Shown in pieces: positions 25,917 through 41,315 of a stretch of DNA of 64,000 bases. This DNA comes from the human T2T-CHM13v2.0 reference genome, Homo sapiens: positions 3,520,001 to 3,584,000 of the forward strand of contig CP086569.2 in NCBI GenBank assembly GCA_009914755.4, in the 5' to 3' direction. How positions within the stretch are numbered: the stretch's first letter is position 1; every line of letters begins with the position of its first letter. A model generated the notes under the pieces. It did not search any database. It saw nothing but the letters and a program-made list of their open reading frames with translations, and was not told the DNA's origin. The position numbers and the translations under genes are program-made.

Positions 25917-28900
25917 TGAAGTTCACTTTTTAAGATACAAATGTAACCACTCCAGTATTTTCTATGATGCATGTTTGCCGTAGGACAGATTTTTTTAAAA
26001 GATTACTCATAACTTATCTGTGTCATCTTATTTATTATATTTTTTTGGTTCGGGAGCTTATTATCCAGACTTACAGTGTGTGTCTTTTATAAAATATATT
26101 TAGTTCCTTTTCAATTTTTGTAACTATTGGTATTTTTTAAGTTGACCACTTAGCATTTTGTTATTTATTTGTCCTATTGTTCATTCTGCTTCTTAATCTT
26201 TTTTTATACCTTTGAGTACATAAATATATAAATTTAATCTTCTCTATTGGCCTTTATTTGCATATCGTTGCTTTTATTTGTCACAATTGTTCCCTTAGGA
26301 TTAAAATTATTGTAATTAACTTAAATTGATATTAAGCTACTTTACATAGCTATAAGAATGTTACAACAGTATCATTCCATGAGCCTTCTCATTCTTTGTC
26401 ATATCATTGTCATACAATTTACCTCTATATGTTATAAACTCCATTATGCTTTGTTTTTATTTTCATAATTCATTATATTTTTAGTAAACAGAATTTCTTT
26501 TATATTTATCCACAGGTTTACCATTAGCATTATTTATTTTTTCATATATCTAATTTTCTACCTGATATAATTTAAAATCAGCCTGAATAACTTCTTTTAA
26601 TATATATATATTCTAATATTGCAGGTCTCCTGGTGTTAAACTGTTACAACTTTTGTTAATATAAATTTTTTTGTCATATTTGAAGAGTATTTTGTTGAAT
26701 ATTAAATTCTAGTTTAATAGTAATTTTATTTCATTATTTTAAATATATTCTGGTTTTAGTGGGCTTTTTTGACATGTGATGTTTCTGATGATAGGACATT
26801 ATAATATTTCATGTCCTATAAATAATCTATGTTTTTCATGTGGCTGTTTAAGGTTTTTTATTTAGCTTTTGTATATTTAACTATATTGTGCCTAGGTGTG
26901 TTTTTTGTTTTGTTTTGTTTTTAGTTTATTCAACTTACAGTTTGTTATATTTTTTGGGCTTATGGGTGGCTAGCTTTCAATTAATGTCAATATTTTACCA
27001 TTTTCTATGCCTCACTATCTTCTCATTCAAAGTCACATATTTAGATAATTAGATATGAAAACACTGGATAGTGATGCTGTTCACTTGGTATAGCTTGGTT
27101 TTTATCTATGTTGCATAGAATCTGTTATTGTGTTTTCAAATGTGCTCATAGTTTTCTGCTTTGTGTTTTCATTAAGCCCATTTAGTAATTTATTTAAAAT
27201 TTTAGATATTTTTCTGACTTCAAATTTCCTTTTGAATTTTTCATAATTTTGATATTTCTATTTAGATTTGCTATTTACTCACACATTATATTCATCTTCA
27301 TATTTAAATTTAAGTCATTGATTGTTCAATATAACTGTAATAACTGTGCTAATGTTTTTGCCTGCTAATTCTCATATTTATCATCTCTAGTTATGCTTTT
27401 GTTAAAAATTTTTTTTCTCTTATTTCTGCATCTTCCTTTAGATTGTGTAAGAGCGCATGCAGCTCTCACTCTAGAGTTACAGTATTTCTACATCTAATTT
27501 GTGTCCTGTCTAGATTTACACTTAATGAAAAGAGTGTTTAACATAGACTTCATGCTCTGGGCACTTGGAATTCCAATGTCTTTTAGCACTACATAAACTC
27601 CACAGTTTCTGCAGAGACCAGATCATAGAGTGTCTTTTATTACATACTAAGTTGGTATAATTTCTAATTTAAGATAGAAACCAGTCAAATTAGTCGTTTA
27701 GACAGGCACAAATGATATATATTTATTGAATACATACTCCGTATTAGGAACTTAGAAAAATCTTTACTTACATATAATTACTAAATTCTTGCAATAGTAC
27801 TGAGAAGCAGTCATTATTCTCCACACTTCAATTATGAGAAGAACTAAAATTTAGAGCTACGTAATATTTTATCTGTGAGCAAACAGATAGTCAATGTAGG
27901 CCTAAGATGTAAGCCCAGGTCTGTCTATTCCAATTCTGAAACTATAACCATCAACAGCAGTATTGAAAACTTATTTCAGTCAGGCAAAAATGGAGGTAAA
28001 AACAATTTCAGAAGATTTTGGTCAATACAAAAAATAATAAGTGTGTGAATTAATTAAGGCAGTAGGAATAGTATTGGAGAAAAGGATATAGATGCAAGAA
28101 ATATTTAGAAAATAAAATTAGCCATATATGGCAATTGGGATACATAAAGAAATTGGGTTGAGAGACCAGGGAAATGTTAACTTTCTAAAGTTTCCAGGTT
28201 GAATGGCAGAATTGCATGCCATTATTGTCACAGAGAATAAAGGATTGGAGAATTTCACTTATATGCACATTAAGCTGCCTGTGTTTTGTCCAGATGCAGA
28301 TTATGTTTTGTATAATTGAGAAGTTCCAAAGGGAAGCCTCAGCTAGAGAATTTGATTTCCACATTATCAGCATTTCAGGGACTATTAAATCAAAGCAAGA
28401 AGACAAATTAATGTTTTATAGTGTAGAAGACTTAAGCCCAACATGTTGTTCACAATAGTCTGAAAAAAATGTATATTTATAGAGGGAGGTACAGAGAGAG
28501 AGAGAGAAGCAGAGTAATACTCTATATAGTTAATAATATATATGGATAGAAACTTGATTAAAATATAAATAAAAATTAGCCATACCTTACAACTTACTAA
28601 ATATTATTGACTAAAATAAACCAATGTATTTGTATTTCATCTTTTATTTATTTGATAAATATGTTTTGAGCACCTGTCAGGCTATTCCGATTGATCGTCA
28701 AACAGAAAACATTTTACCAGTCCGTTATGCCAGGTACCAATGCTTCTAACAGGTATGAGACACTATTCTGACTAATAATTTTACAATTTATGAAGAATTC
28801 AGTGAGCAGAAGCAGGAAGATGGGAGAGAACATGTCAGGTTTTAGGGTAATGAATACAATAACTAGGCTGGAGCTCAGACTTTCCCTAATAGCCCATTAC

Positions 28901-30482
28901 AGAATCCACTTTCCAAGCACCCTAAAAACTGCTTTTAGAATGTAGCAAGGATCACTGATGTTTGTGCTATGATCCAAAAGTATTAGTATGCCGCAGAGAA
29001 ACTACTTATTCAACTATATTTTGCTTAATAGATATTTGTTTTTACTCCACAAAAGATTAATATCACAGAATGACCTCAGTAAGTCAGTTTGGAATAAAGT
29101 GCTTTCTCACTCAAGTTGTTTAAAATATGAGTCTATTTTACCCCTCTTCAGGATTGCTCACAAGCAAAATAATAGATACATGATATTAAAGCATATCTAA
29201 GATCAATTATGTGAGTTCAGAAACAATATTAGTTGGAAATATCTCTTAAAGTAATTAGATATAGCATTGCTTCTAATATTTGGAACTATACTGAAAAGAT
29301 TTGATTCAGAAATATTTATAAAGAAGTTAATAGTGCTATACTGTTAAGGATCATACAAAAATGTTACTGGAAGTATTTAAAGCAAAATAAAATAAACTAG
29401 AGGAAACTTGCATTTTTTTTATTCTTATACATTGCTTTACTTTTACTAATTTCCTTGGATATTTTTGCTGTGCCTGCATAAGAAGGGCAATTGAACACTC
29501 AATTTTAAAATTCAGCTTTGAGTTTAGTCATTGTGAATGCCCTGGCACCCACCCGCATCATGAGAGTATAACTTTGAATGCACTTGCTCCTTCAGACTCA
29601 TTTAACAATTGTAAATACTAATTTCCTATGTATCTGGTTCAAACTGTGACACTATAGTACATGCATGACTGTATTGGCATCCAGGCTTCTGGGTACTGCT
29701 TTCATATTCCTTAGACAAAAACTGCAATAATTTTATTATAAAATAACCATTGATTACTTCTAATCATCAGAATTATGTTAAAGGGCATATGTATTTTTAT
29801 TATTTTCTAAGAAACTAAATAGCCTCAGAGGAAAGACCTCCAGAGCCTAGTTTTAGAGGTTATCAATGAAATAGTGTGTTATCCACATTTTTACTCTGGA
29901 GTGAAGCCTTATTATTTCAGTGAAGTGCTTCCAAAGATTTTAAGTACTTCACTCTTAAATATGAATGGATATGCTAGGTTCAACCAACTTTTAAGATAAA
30001 TATCCAAGATGAAAGAGAGAAACAAAATAAATTTAAGAATGAATGAATGATTAGAGTCAACTTAGGAAGCAGAAAAAAAATCATTTTAAAAACACATTAT
30101 ATGCATGGAAAAATAAAAAGATATTTTATACATAAAACAATGGGTTGTATGGAAAAAACATAGAAAAGATAGCCTTTGAACATTAAAAATATGGCAACCT
30201 CAATAGAAAACTTTAATATGTATTTTGGAGCTACAAATGAGTAAATTTCCCAAGAAGTAGAACAAAATGATATAAAAAAGAAAAATATGAGAATTTTAGA
30301 ATAGCTCTACCGGAACTCAAATATCTAACTAACATAGGAACAGAAAGAAGATAAAACTGTTTTGATGTGCACATTGAGAGTGTCCACTAGAATATGCAGC
30401 ACAATAAAAGAAAAGGAGCCACATCAAGAAACAATGCCATGAAATTTACTAGCCATATGTAAAGAGATCCCAATCTCCAAAT

Positions 30483-31075
30483 ATTTGTAAACCAAAAGTA
30501 TCTGAGACAGGTCCCCATCAATTTAGAAAGTTTACTTTGCCAAGGTTACGGTCACACCCATAACACAACCTCAGGAGGTCCTGGAAACATGTGCCCAAGG
30601 TAGTTGGGGTACAGCTTGGTTTTATACATTTTAGAGAGACATGAGACATCAGTAAATACATGTAAGATGTAAATTGGTTTTGTCTGTAAGAGCAGGACAA
30701 TTCAAAGCTAGGGCTTCTAGGTCATAGGTAGATTTAAAAATTTCTGATTGGCAAATTGTTGACAGAGTTATTATCAATAGGAAGGAAAGTCTAGGTTACA
30801 ATAACAAGATGTAGAGACCAAGGTTTGTCATGCATATGAAGCGCCCGGTAGCCAGCTTCAGAGGAAATAGATTATAAATATTTCTTATCAGACTTAAAGA
30901 GTCTGTTCTATCAGTAATTCCAAAAGGGAGAAGGGTGTAATAAGGTATGTTCAGTTCCCCTTTCCCGTTGTGGCCTGAACTAGTTTTTTTGATTAACTTT
31001 GGAGTGCTCTTGCTTAGAGGAGAGTTCCATTCAGATGGTTAGGGGGTTTATAATTTTATTTTTTGCTTACATTCT
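30483..31075 (+). repeat. Unclassified interspersed repeat, 'family X', copy 2 of 4, apparently full ~590 bp unit
   Basis: Begins 'atttgtaaaccaaaagtatctgagacaggtccccatcaatttagaaagtttactttgccaaggttacgg...'. It continues '...gatttaaaaatttctgattggcaaattgttgacagagttattatcaataggaaggaaagtctaggttacaataacaagatgtagagaccaaggtttgtcatgcatatgaagcgcccggtagccagcttcagaggaaatagattataaatatttcttatcagacttaaagagtctgttctatcagtaattccaaaagggagaagggtgtaataagg...'. It is collinear with 38231-38790 and with the reverse complement of 49885-50475. Confidence 0.6.
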
Positions 31076-31280
31076 CCTCCTTCTGACCAAGATTAGTCTG
31101 AGGCAACATCAATGACCACCAAACTTTTATTTTGTCCCATAGTATTGCCAGGATGGCATGGCTGCCTGCCCCAGTTTCATCCTGTCCTTTGCTGGGACCC
31201 TCTATGACCAACAGACTCAGAGACAAAAGACTTATGACCAATTAAATATTCTTGACCAGGGAGAAACTGATGTAGACAAG

Positions 31281-31414
31281 TATTCATCACCCTTTAAAAT
31301 TTGTAAAGTAATATAAAAGCCAACAAACAAAAAGCCAAATATTGGATGTGGACAGGCATTTATTACCCTTTAATATTCTTAAAGTAATATAAATGCCAAC
31401 AAACAAAAGGGTAT
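31281..31414. repeat. Local duplication: a ~56-bp segment present twice about 78 bp apart
   Basis: 'tattcatcaccctttaaaatttgtaaagtaatataaaagccaacaaacaaaaagcc' is repeated as 'tttattaccctttaatattcttaaagtaatataaatgccaacaaacaaaagggtat'. Confidence 0.6.
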
Positions 31415-32859
31415 AGTACAGGTTACAAAATTCAGTTTATGTATCTTTAACTTCTATGTATAGAGCTACTGTAATCTTGGTTTTAATTACAGACTTATAA
31501 CAATTAGCTATATAAAACGTAAGCATTGTTAAAACCATTTAAGCTAAGGAATTCAGGGACTTCTTTTGTGCTGCAATGCTTTTTGTGCTTTTTTGATAAT
31601 TTGTCCTATGGCGGCTGATCAATTAATTATATATATATATATCTGCATATATTGCATAACTAGGAGAATTATACCCACAAGGCTTTGTCACGAGGTATCT
31701 TTATTTCCTCTCAGTAATAATTTTCTTTTAATTCTATAGGGAACAGAAAATTTTTTATGAATGGATTGGATGGAATGGTGCCACGTATGTAATAACCCAG
31801 GTGGCCATGTCCCTTATTTTACCAGTTGTTTAGCACCTCCTTTATTTGGACGGTCTAATCTAATTATAAACCTCAAAACTGGCCATTAGAATCTCATATA
31901 CCCACCTCTTCACTGGGCCAAAATGGTGGGTGCTAGTATAGTTTCAGCAGCAGGGCATTTGCAGTGATAAACAGATCAGGCCCAGTGGGATTCCAAATGT
32001 GGGAAATATGCAGCCTTTGAAAAACCATCTCTAGTCTTCCTAATACTGTGATTCTGGTTTTCTCAGAAGTAAAATTACAATACATGAATAATATTAATAA
32101 TTTGATAATTAAAAGATAATGTGTGTGCCAGAACATAAGGAATCTATTCCATTAGGGTGCCAACTAAAAACATGAGGAAAATTATAACCTATTGCTCTTT
32201 TTGATGATTATTGTAGCCAAGAAATAATTAATGATTTAATCTGAACTCAAAAATAAAAGTCAGAGCTTGAACTTAGTAATGGGCATTTTAGTTCTCTTTA
32301 AAACAATTTCTCTTTTTTTCTAGCCTTCCCTTTCTATTAAACAGAGATTATAGTAAGACGAATTTGTGTGTAAAGTAAGTTTTAGGTTTATTATACTTGG
32401 CTTGATTATTCACACAAAGTGCATCAAGAATTGATTGGCTGTACAGATTCTTTTCAAGTTGGCTTTCTGTAACTTTACCTGAAAATATGTCATTCAAGTC
32501 AAAGCCTTGGTAAAATAATCAGTGTCTCCAATTGTGTCTTGTTTCAAAAGAAAAGATGCTTACTAAACTTAGGCAAATAGCTATATTACCATAAAATCAG
32601 AATATTGACAAATAGCTTTTAGATTTGGGATAATACAGATGGAGAGAAAGGTAAAATTTGCTCACTAAAACATACTTTATCTAATTGCTCTAAACTATAA
32701 GTAACTCAAAGGAAAAATATTTTCTTAATTATTCTTTAACAAGAACAGTAGATTCCAAACAGGATTTGTTTGCTTACTTTGGAACTGCCATTGAAGAGCC
32801 ATGCATGCAGTTCTTGTCAAATAAAAGCTGTTTATCAGGCACGGTAGAATCTAGCAATG

Positions 32860-33895
32860 TTAACAGCCACAAATCCATATAGGTCTACAGCAACGTCAGT
32901 TCTTGCCTCCTCAACAGAAATAGTTCAACCAGGGGGCATAAGGCACAGGGATAGACTGTGGTGAGTTTTAGAGCAGGGATGAATGTTTATTAAAAAGTTT
33001 TAGAGCAGAAACAAAAGGGAGTTAAAATACACTTAAAAGAGGGCCAATTGGGCAACTTGAGAGGTTTAAGTGCATAGCTTGACCTTTGACTTAGGATTTT
33101 ATATGTTGACATACTTCTATGGTCCGTTTTACTTCTTCCTTGAGTCTTGCCTTGGGGTGAGATGTCTGCTTGTACAGTGGCCTGCCAACACTTGGGATGG
33201 GCCACATGTGCAGTGTGTTTAATTAAGTTTTACACATGCTCATTTGAGATGTTTTTCCCTTAAGTCATGTGTTCCTATAGGTAGGTTATATATCAGCTAA
33301 ACTCTGCCATTTTGCTCTTAGTATGCATGTTTGAGCCCACTCACCCAAATCCTGAAATATTATTGGAAAGCTGCTGATCACCAGCTTCAGGGTTCTTTTT
33401 TTTTTTCAATCTATTGGGTGACTGCCTTTTCCATGGTGCCAGCTGCAACTAATTGTTATTTAAGAGAGACAGTTTATCAACCACCTGACCATCACCTATT
33501 GGTTGCCTGACATTCCTGGAGGTGTGTATTTGGGGTGAGGGGATCTCCTGTCCTGCTCATATCTGCCTAACAAATTACTGTAACATTTCCCCCCTCAAGA
33601 GTCCAATACCCCAATTCTTTGGGAAAAATTGATGAAACTCAGTATTCTATAACTGCTTCCTGCTGATGGGGATGTGGTGGTTGTTTTGTTGGTCTTGGCC
33701 TCTTGCTAGCTGTCAGGACAGGGTGGTTCCATGGGTTGGTGAAAGTTGTATCCAGCCAAGTCCAAGAGAGACAGGGGAAGGATTTTACTTCTGTTGTGTT
33801 CCACACATGGGCGTCTAGGAATCCTCTGCAAATGCAGAAAACTGGTGTGGGCACTTTAATGTTGAGGGACCAGGAGGGTCTCCCTTAGTCCATCC
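32860..33895 (-). repeat. Solo LTR of the same family as the ERV LTRs at 7345-8475 and 16890-17335
   Basis: Collinear with the provirus 3' LTR over about 1 kb (see that feature). It includes 'gaatgtttattaaaaagttttagagcagaaac', whose reverse complement gives AATAAA on the minus strand. No retroviral internal sequence lies on either side. Confidence 0.7.
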
Positions 33896-35095
33896 AACCT
33901 TTGAAAGTGTTGTGAAGATGTTTGTTTTAATCTTATCTATTTCAGGTTTATTTATTACATTTTACAATAGTCATCTTAGGATTTCCACCCTGTTGGGATG
34001 AGTCCTTTGACTCCTTATTGCTGTAAAACCTATGAGGGCCAGCCAGTTTGATAAGGCTTCTCAAGTCATTGTTCACTTTACACTGTACCTTCTGATTTTA
34101 ATAGTTACTTGATTTTGCCTATCCCCTACATTGACTATCTTCTTGGTAACAACAGATCTCAGAGTTACTTATTAGTTTTTTTGCTATTACAGATAATAAC
34201 TAAGTAATTACATATTTTCTTTTTTCTTTATTAGTTTGCATTTCCTTATTCATTCAGTTAACCAACACCCTGGGAGTATGATCCATCTGTAAATTCCACT
34301 GGAAACTTTTACCGTTAGTAACTGAACACAGCCCTGCTGCAGCTCTATACTGTGGGTGACTACATCATCACCCAAGAGTCAAAGGCTTCTCATTTCTCAT
34401 TCTTTTATTTCTCATTATTCATTAGCTTTATTTACATATTTTTTCATTTACTTTAAAGCAACTCTTCAGTAACCTCTAAACTAGAAACATTATATTTTAT
34501 TTTGCAAAAACTATATTATCATGTTTTTATAACTGTAGTGAAAACATTTTACTCTTCTACTATTTTGACTCATAGAAACCCAAATTCCTAGTGGGAAATC
34601 TAGGATCACTTAATTTAACAGAACAGGACTTTAAAATTTTAAATGACTGCAGTGAATTGAGATTAAATTTGCCAAATTAATCTTACCAAAGTTTACTAGT
34701 CATATGCACTAAGAAGCTTCTGAGCTAGCTTTTATTAGTCTGATAGGCACTTATTTTTTTCAAACCAATTGATTAGAGCTCTTTTATATAATTGGTACTA
34801 AAATGTTACTTCCACATGACATATGTAAATATATAGACATAACAAACAGACAGACAGAGGCAGGTCCTATAAAAATTTTTATTTGCTGGTTTTCAGTAAT
34901 TTTTTATTACTTTAGACCATTAACTTAAAAAACATTACAGGAGCCAACAAAAGTTGAAGGGGAAATTTGCCATCCTAGGCTTTAAAAGAGAAAAAAGAGC
35001 AGAAGTAGTAGGGTTCAACTGAATAACTTCTGAGGTATCAATGTGAAGAATTTCAAAAAGAAAGAGATCATATAATTTAAAAATTAAAAACTTTT

Positions 35096-35388
35096 GGCCA
35101 TGCATGGTGGCTCATGCCTATAATCCCAGCACTTTGGGAGGCCGAGGCAGATGGATCACGAGGTCAGGAGATCAAGACCATCATGGATAACATGGTGAAA
35201 CCCTGCCTCTAATAAAAATACAAAAAATTAGCCAGATGTGGTGATGGGCGCCTGTAGTCCCAGTTACTCAGGAGACTGAGGCAGGAGAATGGCGTGGACC
35301 CTGGAGGTGGAGCTTGTAGTGAGCCAAGATTGTGCCACTGCACTCCAGCCTGGGGGACAGAGCGAGACTCCATCTCAAAAAAAAAAAA
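35096..35388 (+). mobile_element. Full-length Alu with poly-A and 13-bp target-site duplication
   Basis: Runs from 'ggccatgcatggtggctcatgcctataatcccagcactttgggaggccgaggcagatggatcacgaggtcaggagatcaagacc' to '...gcgagactccatctcaaaaaaaaaaaaa'. Perfect direct repeat 'attaaaaactttt' sits at 35083-35095 and 35389-35401. Confidence 0.92.
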
Positions 35389-35467
35389 ATTAAAAACTTT
35401 TTACAATTTTATTCAGTCAATATTATAAGAAAATTTTGTTCTAACCAATTCTTTAGTTTTGTATTAG

Positions 35468-35769
<302 letters not shown>

Positions 35770-36284
35770 CTGTATTAGTGTTTTTCAAATATCAAATTAT
35801 AATTTTTAGAAAGACTACTATAATATTCTATAATTATAATCAACTTAATCACAACATTTTTAGAATTTTTTACGAACTTTATTATTATCATTTGCACAGA
35901 CCATTCATGACATGCTTGGACTTTCTGGCTTGTTCTTAACGTTCCTGTCTCTTAAACAAGCAGCCATTTTATTTTAGGTCCAAATGTACTGTGCATGGTT
36001 CTTTCTCATAACCATTTTTACCTCAAATATATATTTATATCCATAAACATTTTTTACATCTCTTTTATTTTCTGGTTCCTTTTACCTTCTTTCATAAATA
36101 ACCTCTGGATAACCTATGAATTAGAAAAAACACATTTTTTACAAAAAAGTTTTTCTGCAATTTATTAAACTGGAAATTACTCAGATATTTAATAAATACC
36201 TATTATTTAATTTTATATAACTTTAGATTTTAAATTATATGAAAATTATATTTCTAGGCAATTTATTTAGATTTATGTGATTAA

Positions 36285-36600
<316 letters not shown>

Positions 36601-38230
36601 TATTTTTATTATTTTTAATAGTTTACATTATTTGTGAAAACTGTGATAGTCATCAAAGTTATTTCACTTTTAGCCCTTTTAATAGCTTATGAATTTTACG
36701 TTTTCCCAAATAAAAATTTTATGGTTAACTATATGAGTATTATGCCAATATTATACCAATAACTCATGATTTAGATGTTTTTATTAAACAAACAGTATTA
36801 TCTTATTTATTAAAAATAACACAGAGATTATTCTGTTTTATGCTGAATTTATAGTTTTATAAGCTTATGACTAATTTTGACACCTCATAACTGTCAGAAT
36901 TAAATAGAAAACCTCTTGATTCAAAAATTCTAAGAAAATACATGCTGACAATTCTTAAGACATTTCCAATATTATTTTACCAATAAGTTTAATGCCAGCT
37001 TATTCATTAAAAATTGCATTTAAGTAATGTGAACTTGAAAGGCATTTTGGATTATTTACCTGTTTTATAAGTACTCCTTTATTATAACCCGTTTGGGTAC
37101 CTTGTGGCCACAACATATAACAAAATACATGTACGTACATATAAACACATCTGAACATGCATATACATGCACAGACAGATTCTAGAGCTTTTACATCAGA
37201 AATCTAGCATGAGTTGTCAATATAAACTCACCAGTTTACAAAAAAATGGATAGATACAAATGACGTTTTTTGTTTGTTTTTCACTTCAGCACTAGTAGAA
37301 AAGTAACAGCAAATGTAAAGTAGGCAGAAAATAAAACATAGAAATAAACAGAGAACTTAGGAACTTTACCATTGCAAATCAACCTTTGGGCTCTGAGCTT
37401 CCCTTCATGTAATTTGCCCAGCAGTTTAAAATGTGCACAAGAACAGACCAAATGGGTAACCAGCCGGATTACTAGAAAACCTGGCATACTCTTTTATTTA
37501 CACAAACACTTGCAAGTAAAGGCACCATAAAACCAAAAGGGGTGCTTGAAAAAGGGTCTTTCTCTTTGTCTTTCCTCATTCTTTGATTTGTTTCCCCAAT
37601 TTTTTCTTAAAATGTGGAACTGAGCTTTGGCTTAGGGTTCTTAGTGTGGTGGATCGAAGTGTGCTAATTGTTAGTAGGACTCCACGGTGCCACCACTGAA
37701 TTGTTTACACCCTCTTAGATGTCTCAGCTTCTCTCTCTAGAGGTCTATCACCTATGAAAGGGTTCAAAACACTGATTAATCAGCTCTTATATGCCTTTCC
37801 TGGATGACCCTTTTTAAACTAATTTTGTTGGGGAATCCCTATATAGCCACCATACAATTTAGGAAGTCAACCCCCAGACACTTCCAATCAGCATTTAGTC
37901 ACCCAAGGGTGCCTTTTGGCTGGGAGGAGCAAAATGCTTGTTTGCTTTGGAGCTAAGGAGCTCAATATATGATTTATCTATGAGAATGACAGTTCACTTC
38001 CTTATGCAAATTCACAGACAAGCTGATTGAAATTAATCTGGGGAGATATGGCAATGGAGGAGACTCTTTGGAATGCACTACTAAACTATAATTTGGATCC
38101 TAAACATCTTCCTAGGAAGAAAATTAAAAATAATAATAAATGAATAAAAGCTAAGACCACTTCATGTAAACTTTCCTCAGCCCTCAGCCACTTCTAACAT
38201 TGTAGCTCAGAATCTCTTTTTGGTTACCAA

Positions 38231-38790
38231 TTTGTAAACCAAAGTACCTGAGGTAGGTCTCAATAAATTTAGAAAGTTTATTTTGCCAAGGTTAAGAACA
38301 CACCCATGATATAGCCTCAGAAGTTCCCTACAACATGTATCCAGGGTGGTCAGGGTACAGCATGGTTTTACGTATTTTAGAGAGACATGAGACATCATTC
38401 AATACATGTAAAATGTACATTGCTTCAGTCTGGGAAGATGGGACCACTAGAAGGGAAGCTTCCAGGTAATAGGCAGATTTAAAGATTTTCTAATTGGCAA
38501 TAAGTTGGAAGAATTATTATCAATATAAAGGAATGTCTGGGTTACAATAAGGGGTTGTGTAGACCAAGGTTTTATCATGCACATGAAGTCTCCAGGTAGC
38601 AGTCTTCAGAGAGAATAAATTATAAATTTTTTGTCCGACTTAAAGAGTCTTCTCTATCAGTAATTCCAAAAAGGAGGAGGGTATAATTAGGAATGTCCAT
38701 CACCCTCTTTGTATCATGGACTTAACTAGTTTCTCAGGTTAACTTTGGAATACCCTTGCCAAGAGGAAGGGTCTGTGTTGGTCAGCGTTC
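38231..38790 (+). repeat. Unclassified interspersed repeat, 'family X', copy 3 of 4
   Basis: Reads 'tttgtaaaccaaagtacctgaggtaggtctcaataaatttagaaagtttattttgccaaggttaagaacacacccatgatatagcctcagaagttccctacaacatgtatccagggtggtcagggtacagcatggttttacgtattttagagagacatgagacatcattcaatacatgtaaaatgtacattgc...'. The rest reads 'gatttaaagattttctaattggcaataagttgg...caatataaaggaatgtctgggttacaataaggggttgtgtagaccaaggttttatcatgcacatgaagtctccaggtagcagtcttcagagagaataaattataaat...'. It is collinear with 30483-31075 at roughly 80% identity by eye. Confidence 0.6.
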
Positions 38791-41049
38791 TCTAGAGGAA
38801 CAGAACTAATAGGATATATATATTAGTTTATATAAACAAATATATAAACTAACAAATATATAAACAAAAAGCGGAGTTTATCAAGGAGTATTGACTCACA
38901 TGATCACAAGGTGAAGTCTCACGGTGGGCCATCTGCAAGCTGAAGAACAAGGAAATCAATCTGATTCCAAAACCTCAAAAGTACGGAAGCCAACAATGCA
39001 GTCTTCACTCTGGGAAGAGGAAGGCACAAGCTTCAGAATACAGGGAATGTTACAGAGGAAAAGTGAAATCCCACAATGACCATAGTGCAACAGGCCCAGA
39101 AACAACAGTATAGATTGATTTAGAAAGAAGAAGAGCAGAATAAATTATATCTCTTTGAAATAAAGTTTCAATTCATATTATATAATGTTTTGGTGGTTTG
39201 GAACACAATAGTAACAGAAATTTTACAGAATTGATTGATCATGTTTGAAAACAGTGGAAACAAATGAACACAATCAGGGCAGCTATTAACCAAAGAAAAT
39301 ACAAAACCTTTTACAGGAAAAAGAATGTAAGAATTGTGAAATACTTGCCTCAGTAAACATTACATTTTTTAAAATTGTGGTATCAGTATATTGGGAGCAT
39401 AAATATTAGTGGGGGGAGACACTTGAGAATAATGTCTTTATCAAAGAAATGAGAAGTTAATAGAGGGTATTGAAAATTGATAAACCAAGAAATAGCAGTG
39501 TGTAGGTATTTAAATAAAAGCAAACATCAAGTGAAATAGCTATATTTGATGAAAATAATCAACTCCGGGAAAAAGAAACAAGCATTGCGTATAGGTGACA
39601 TTGTATACTGATGTTTTTAGGTATAGGACTTATAGTAGTATTTGATATCTTAATTTTATCTCTATAATATTTTGATTAAAATATTAATGAATGAATGAAT
39701 TAGAAAACTTGCTATTTGAAAGATAGAAAAAAACAATTTGAAAAAATACATAGGAGAAAAGACTCATCAATTCACATATGACCATAAATTGCTCTTCTAA
39801 GAACCAAGAAGTTATCTTTATAGCTAGTCTCCATCCCACGTGCTGCAACGATGAAAGTGTTTTTAGACCCTGAGGAAGAAGCCCATTTGTCTCTGCTTAA
39901 ATACTGTCAGTAATATGACATTTTATCTTAGACTCACTTGTATGGGGGTTATTGATCTCTAATTGGAGCTGTGCCACTGTGAGAAAATTCCTATTATTTT
40001 AATGTCCAATGATTCCAGGATAATGGAAAAATAGCATCCTTCATTTGTCCTTAATGTATAAATGAGACATATAAATGTACCACAACCTCTTTAAAGGCTT
40101 TCAAGATTCTCATCTTTTCTCTCAACCGTCACCATCACTTTCTATTCTCCTTATTCCTGTTATGCCCAGAGAGTAAAATTAGAAAGTGTTCTATTTCTCC
40201 TTGACTATGTTTTATTTGCCCTATATCTCTACCCATTCATTAATAAGATTAATAAAGATATGTAGACAGCCCACTTTTCTAGAGAGGTCTACTCTGACCA
40301 TACTATTTAATATTGTAAACTTCACTCTACTTAATATTATCTCCACTGTCTCTCCATACCTCTTACCCTGCTCCATATTTTTCCTAGCACTTAATGCTTT
40401 GATTATTTTATTTATTGAAACTCTCTAGACAATAGGACATGTTTTCTGTGACAGCAGGGATTTTGTCCATTTTGATTGCTAATGGAGTTTCAGTGCTTAC
40501 AAAAAATACCTGTCATACATACAATCCTCAACAAATACTTTTGAATGAATAAGTGTCACATTGTTGGTTTTTTGTACTGATGAGGAATGTTTATAGACAG
40601 AAGACAGAGAGTATTCTTGGTGACCTTAGGCAAACTTCTTAGCATGTCAAGGCCTCTATTAATCTGTAAAGTCTTCTATACAGTCAAACCACATTCATCT
40701 TGTGCTCCACCTGTTGGCAGCATATTAAATTTAGAAACATAAGACTAAGAGAAGGCTGAAGTGTCTGAGGCACATGATCTAATGAAGAAAACAAATATAT
40801 TCAAAAATCATTACCACACAAAGTAATATATAATGGCTCAGAAAAGACCGTAGTTAGTTGGCTGATAATATTTCTAAAATATATTTTTTGAAATATTCTC
40901 TGGTAGTATTTACAATTGTGTGGATCGAGAAAGGGAAGGAGGGGGAAAAGAAAGGAGAAAAAAAGAGAGAGCAATTAAGAGGTAAATTACTTTTGAGATT
41001 GGATTTTTAAACATTAATATGGCGTGTTACATTTATAAAAAAACCCCAA

Positions 41050-41284
41050 AGATGTCCCTGGGTAGGAAGAATAATGGTCCCCCAAATATTTCCAAGTCCT
41101 CAACTCTAGAACTTATAAATGTTATATTTTATGGGAAAAAATAAGGTTACAGATGGAGTTAAGTCTGCTAATCAGTTGGCCTTAAAAAAGATTATCTGGA
41201 ATTAACTGGATAGGTACAACGTAATCACAAGGATGCTTAAAAGTGAAAGAGAAAAGCAGAAAACAAGGTCCGAGTGGTACAATG

Positions 41285-41315
<31 letters not shown>

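Noticed and set aside
25920-27600. Long AT-rich stretch with L1-antisense-like texture (for example 'tttcataattttgatatttctatttagatttgctatttactcacacattatattcatcttcat')
   Set aside because: I could not align it convincingly to L1 or any other consensus from memory. It may be a very old L1 antisense fragment but is left unannotated.
28480-28515. Short (GA)n run 'agagggaggtacagagagagagagagaagcagag'
   Set aside because: Too short and impure to be a meaningful microsatellite or regulatory element.
38800-38880. Imperfect 'aacaaatatataa' tandem (about 3 units)
   Set aside because: Low-complexity AT-rich sequence at the edge of a repeat copy, not a distinct feature.
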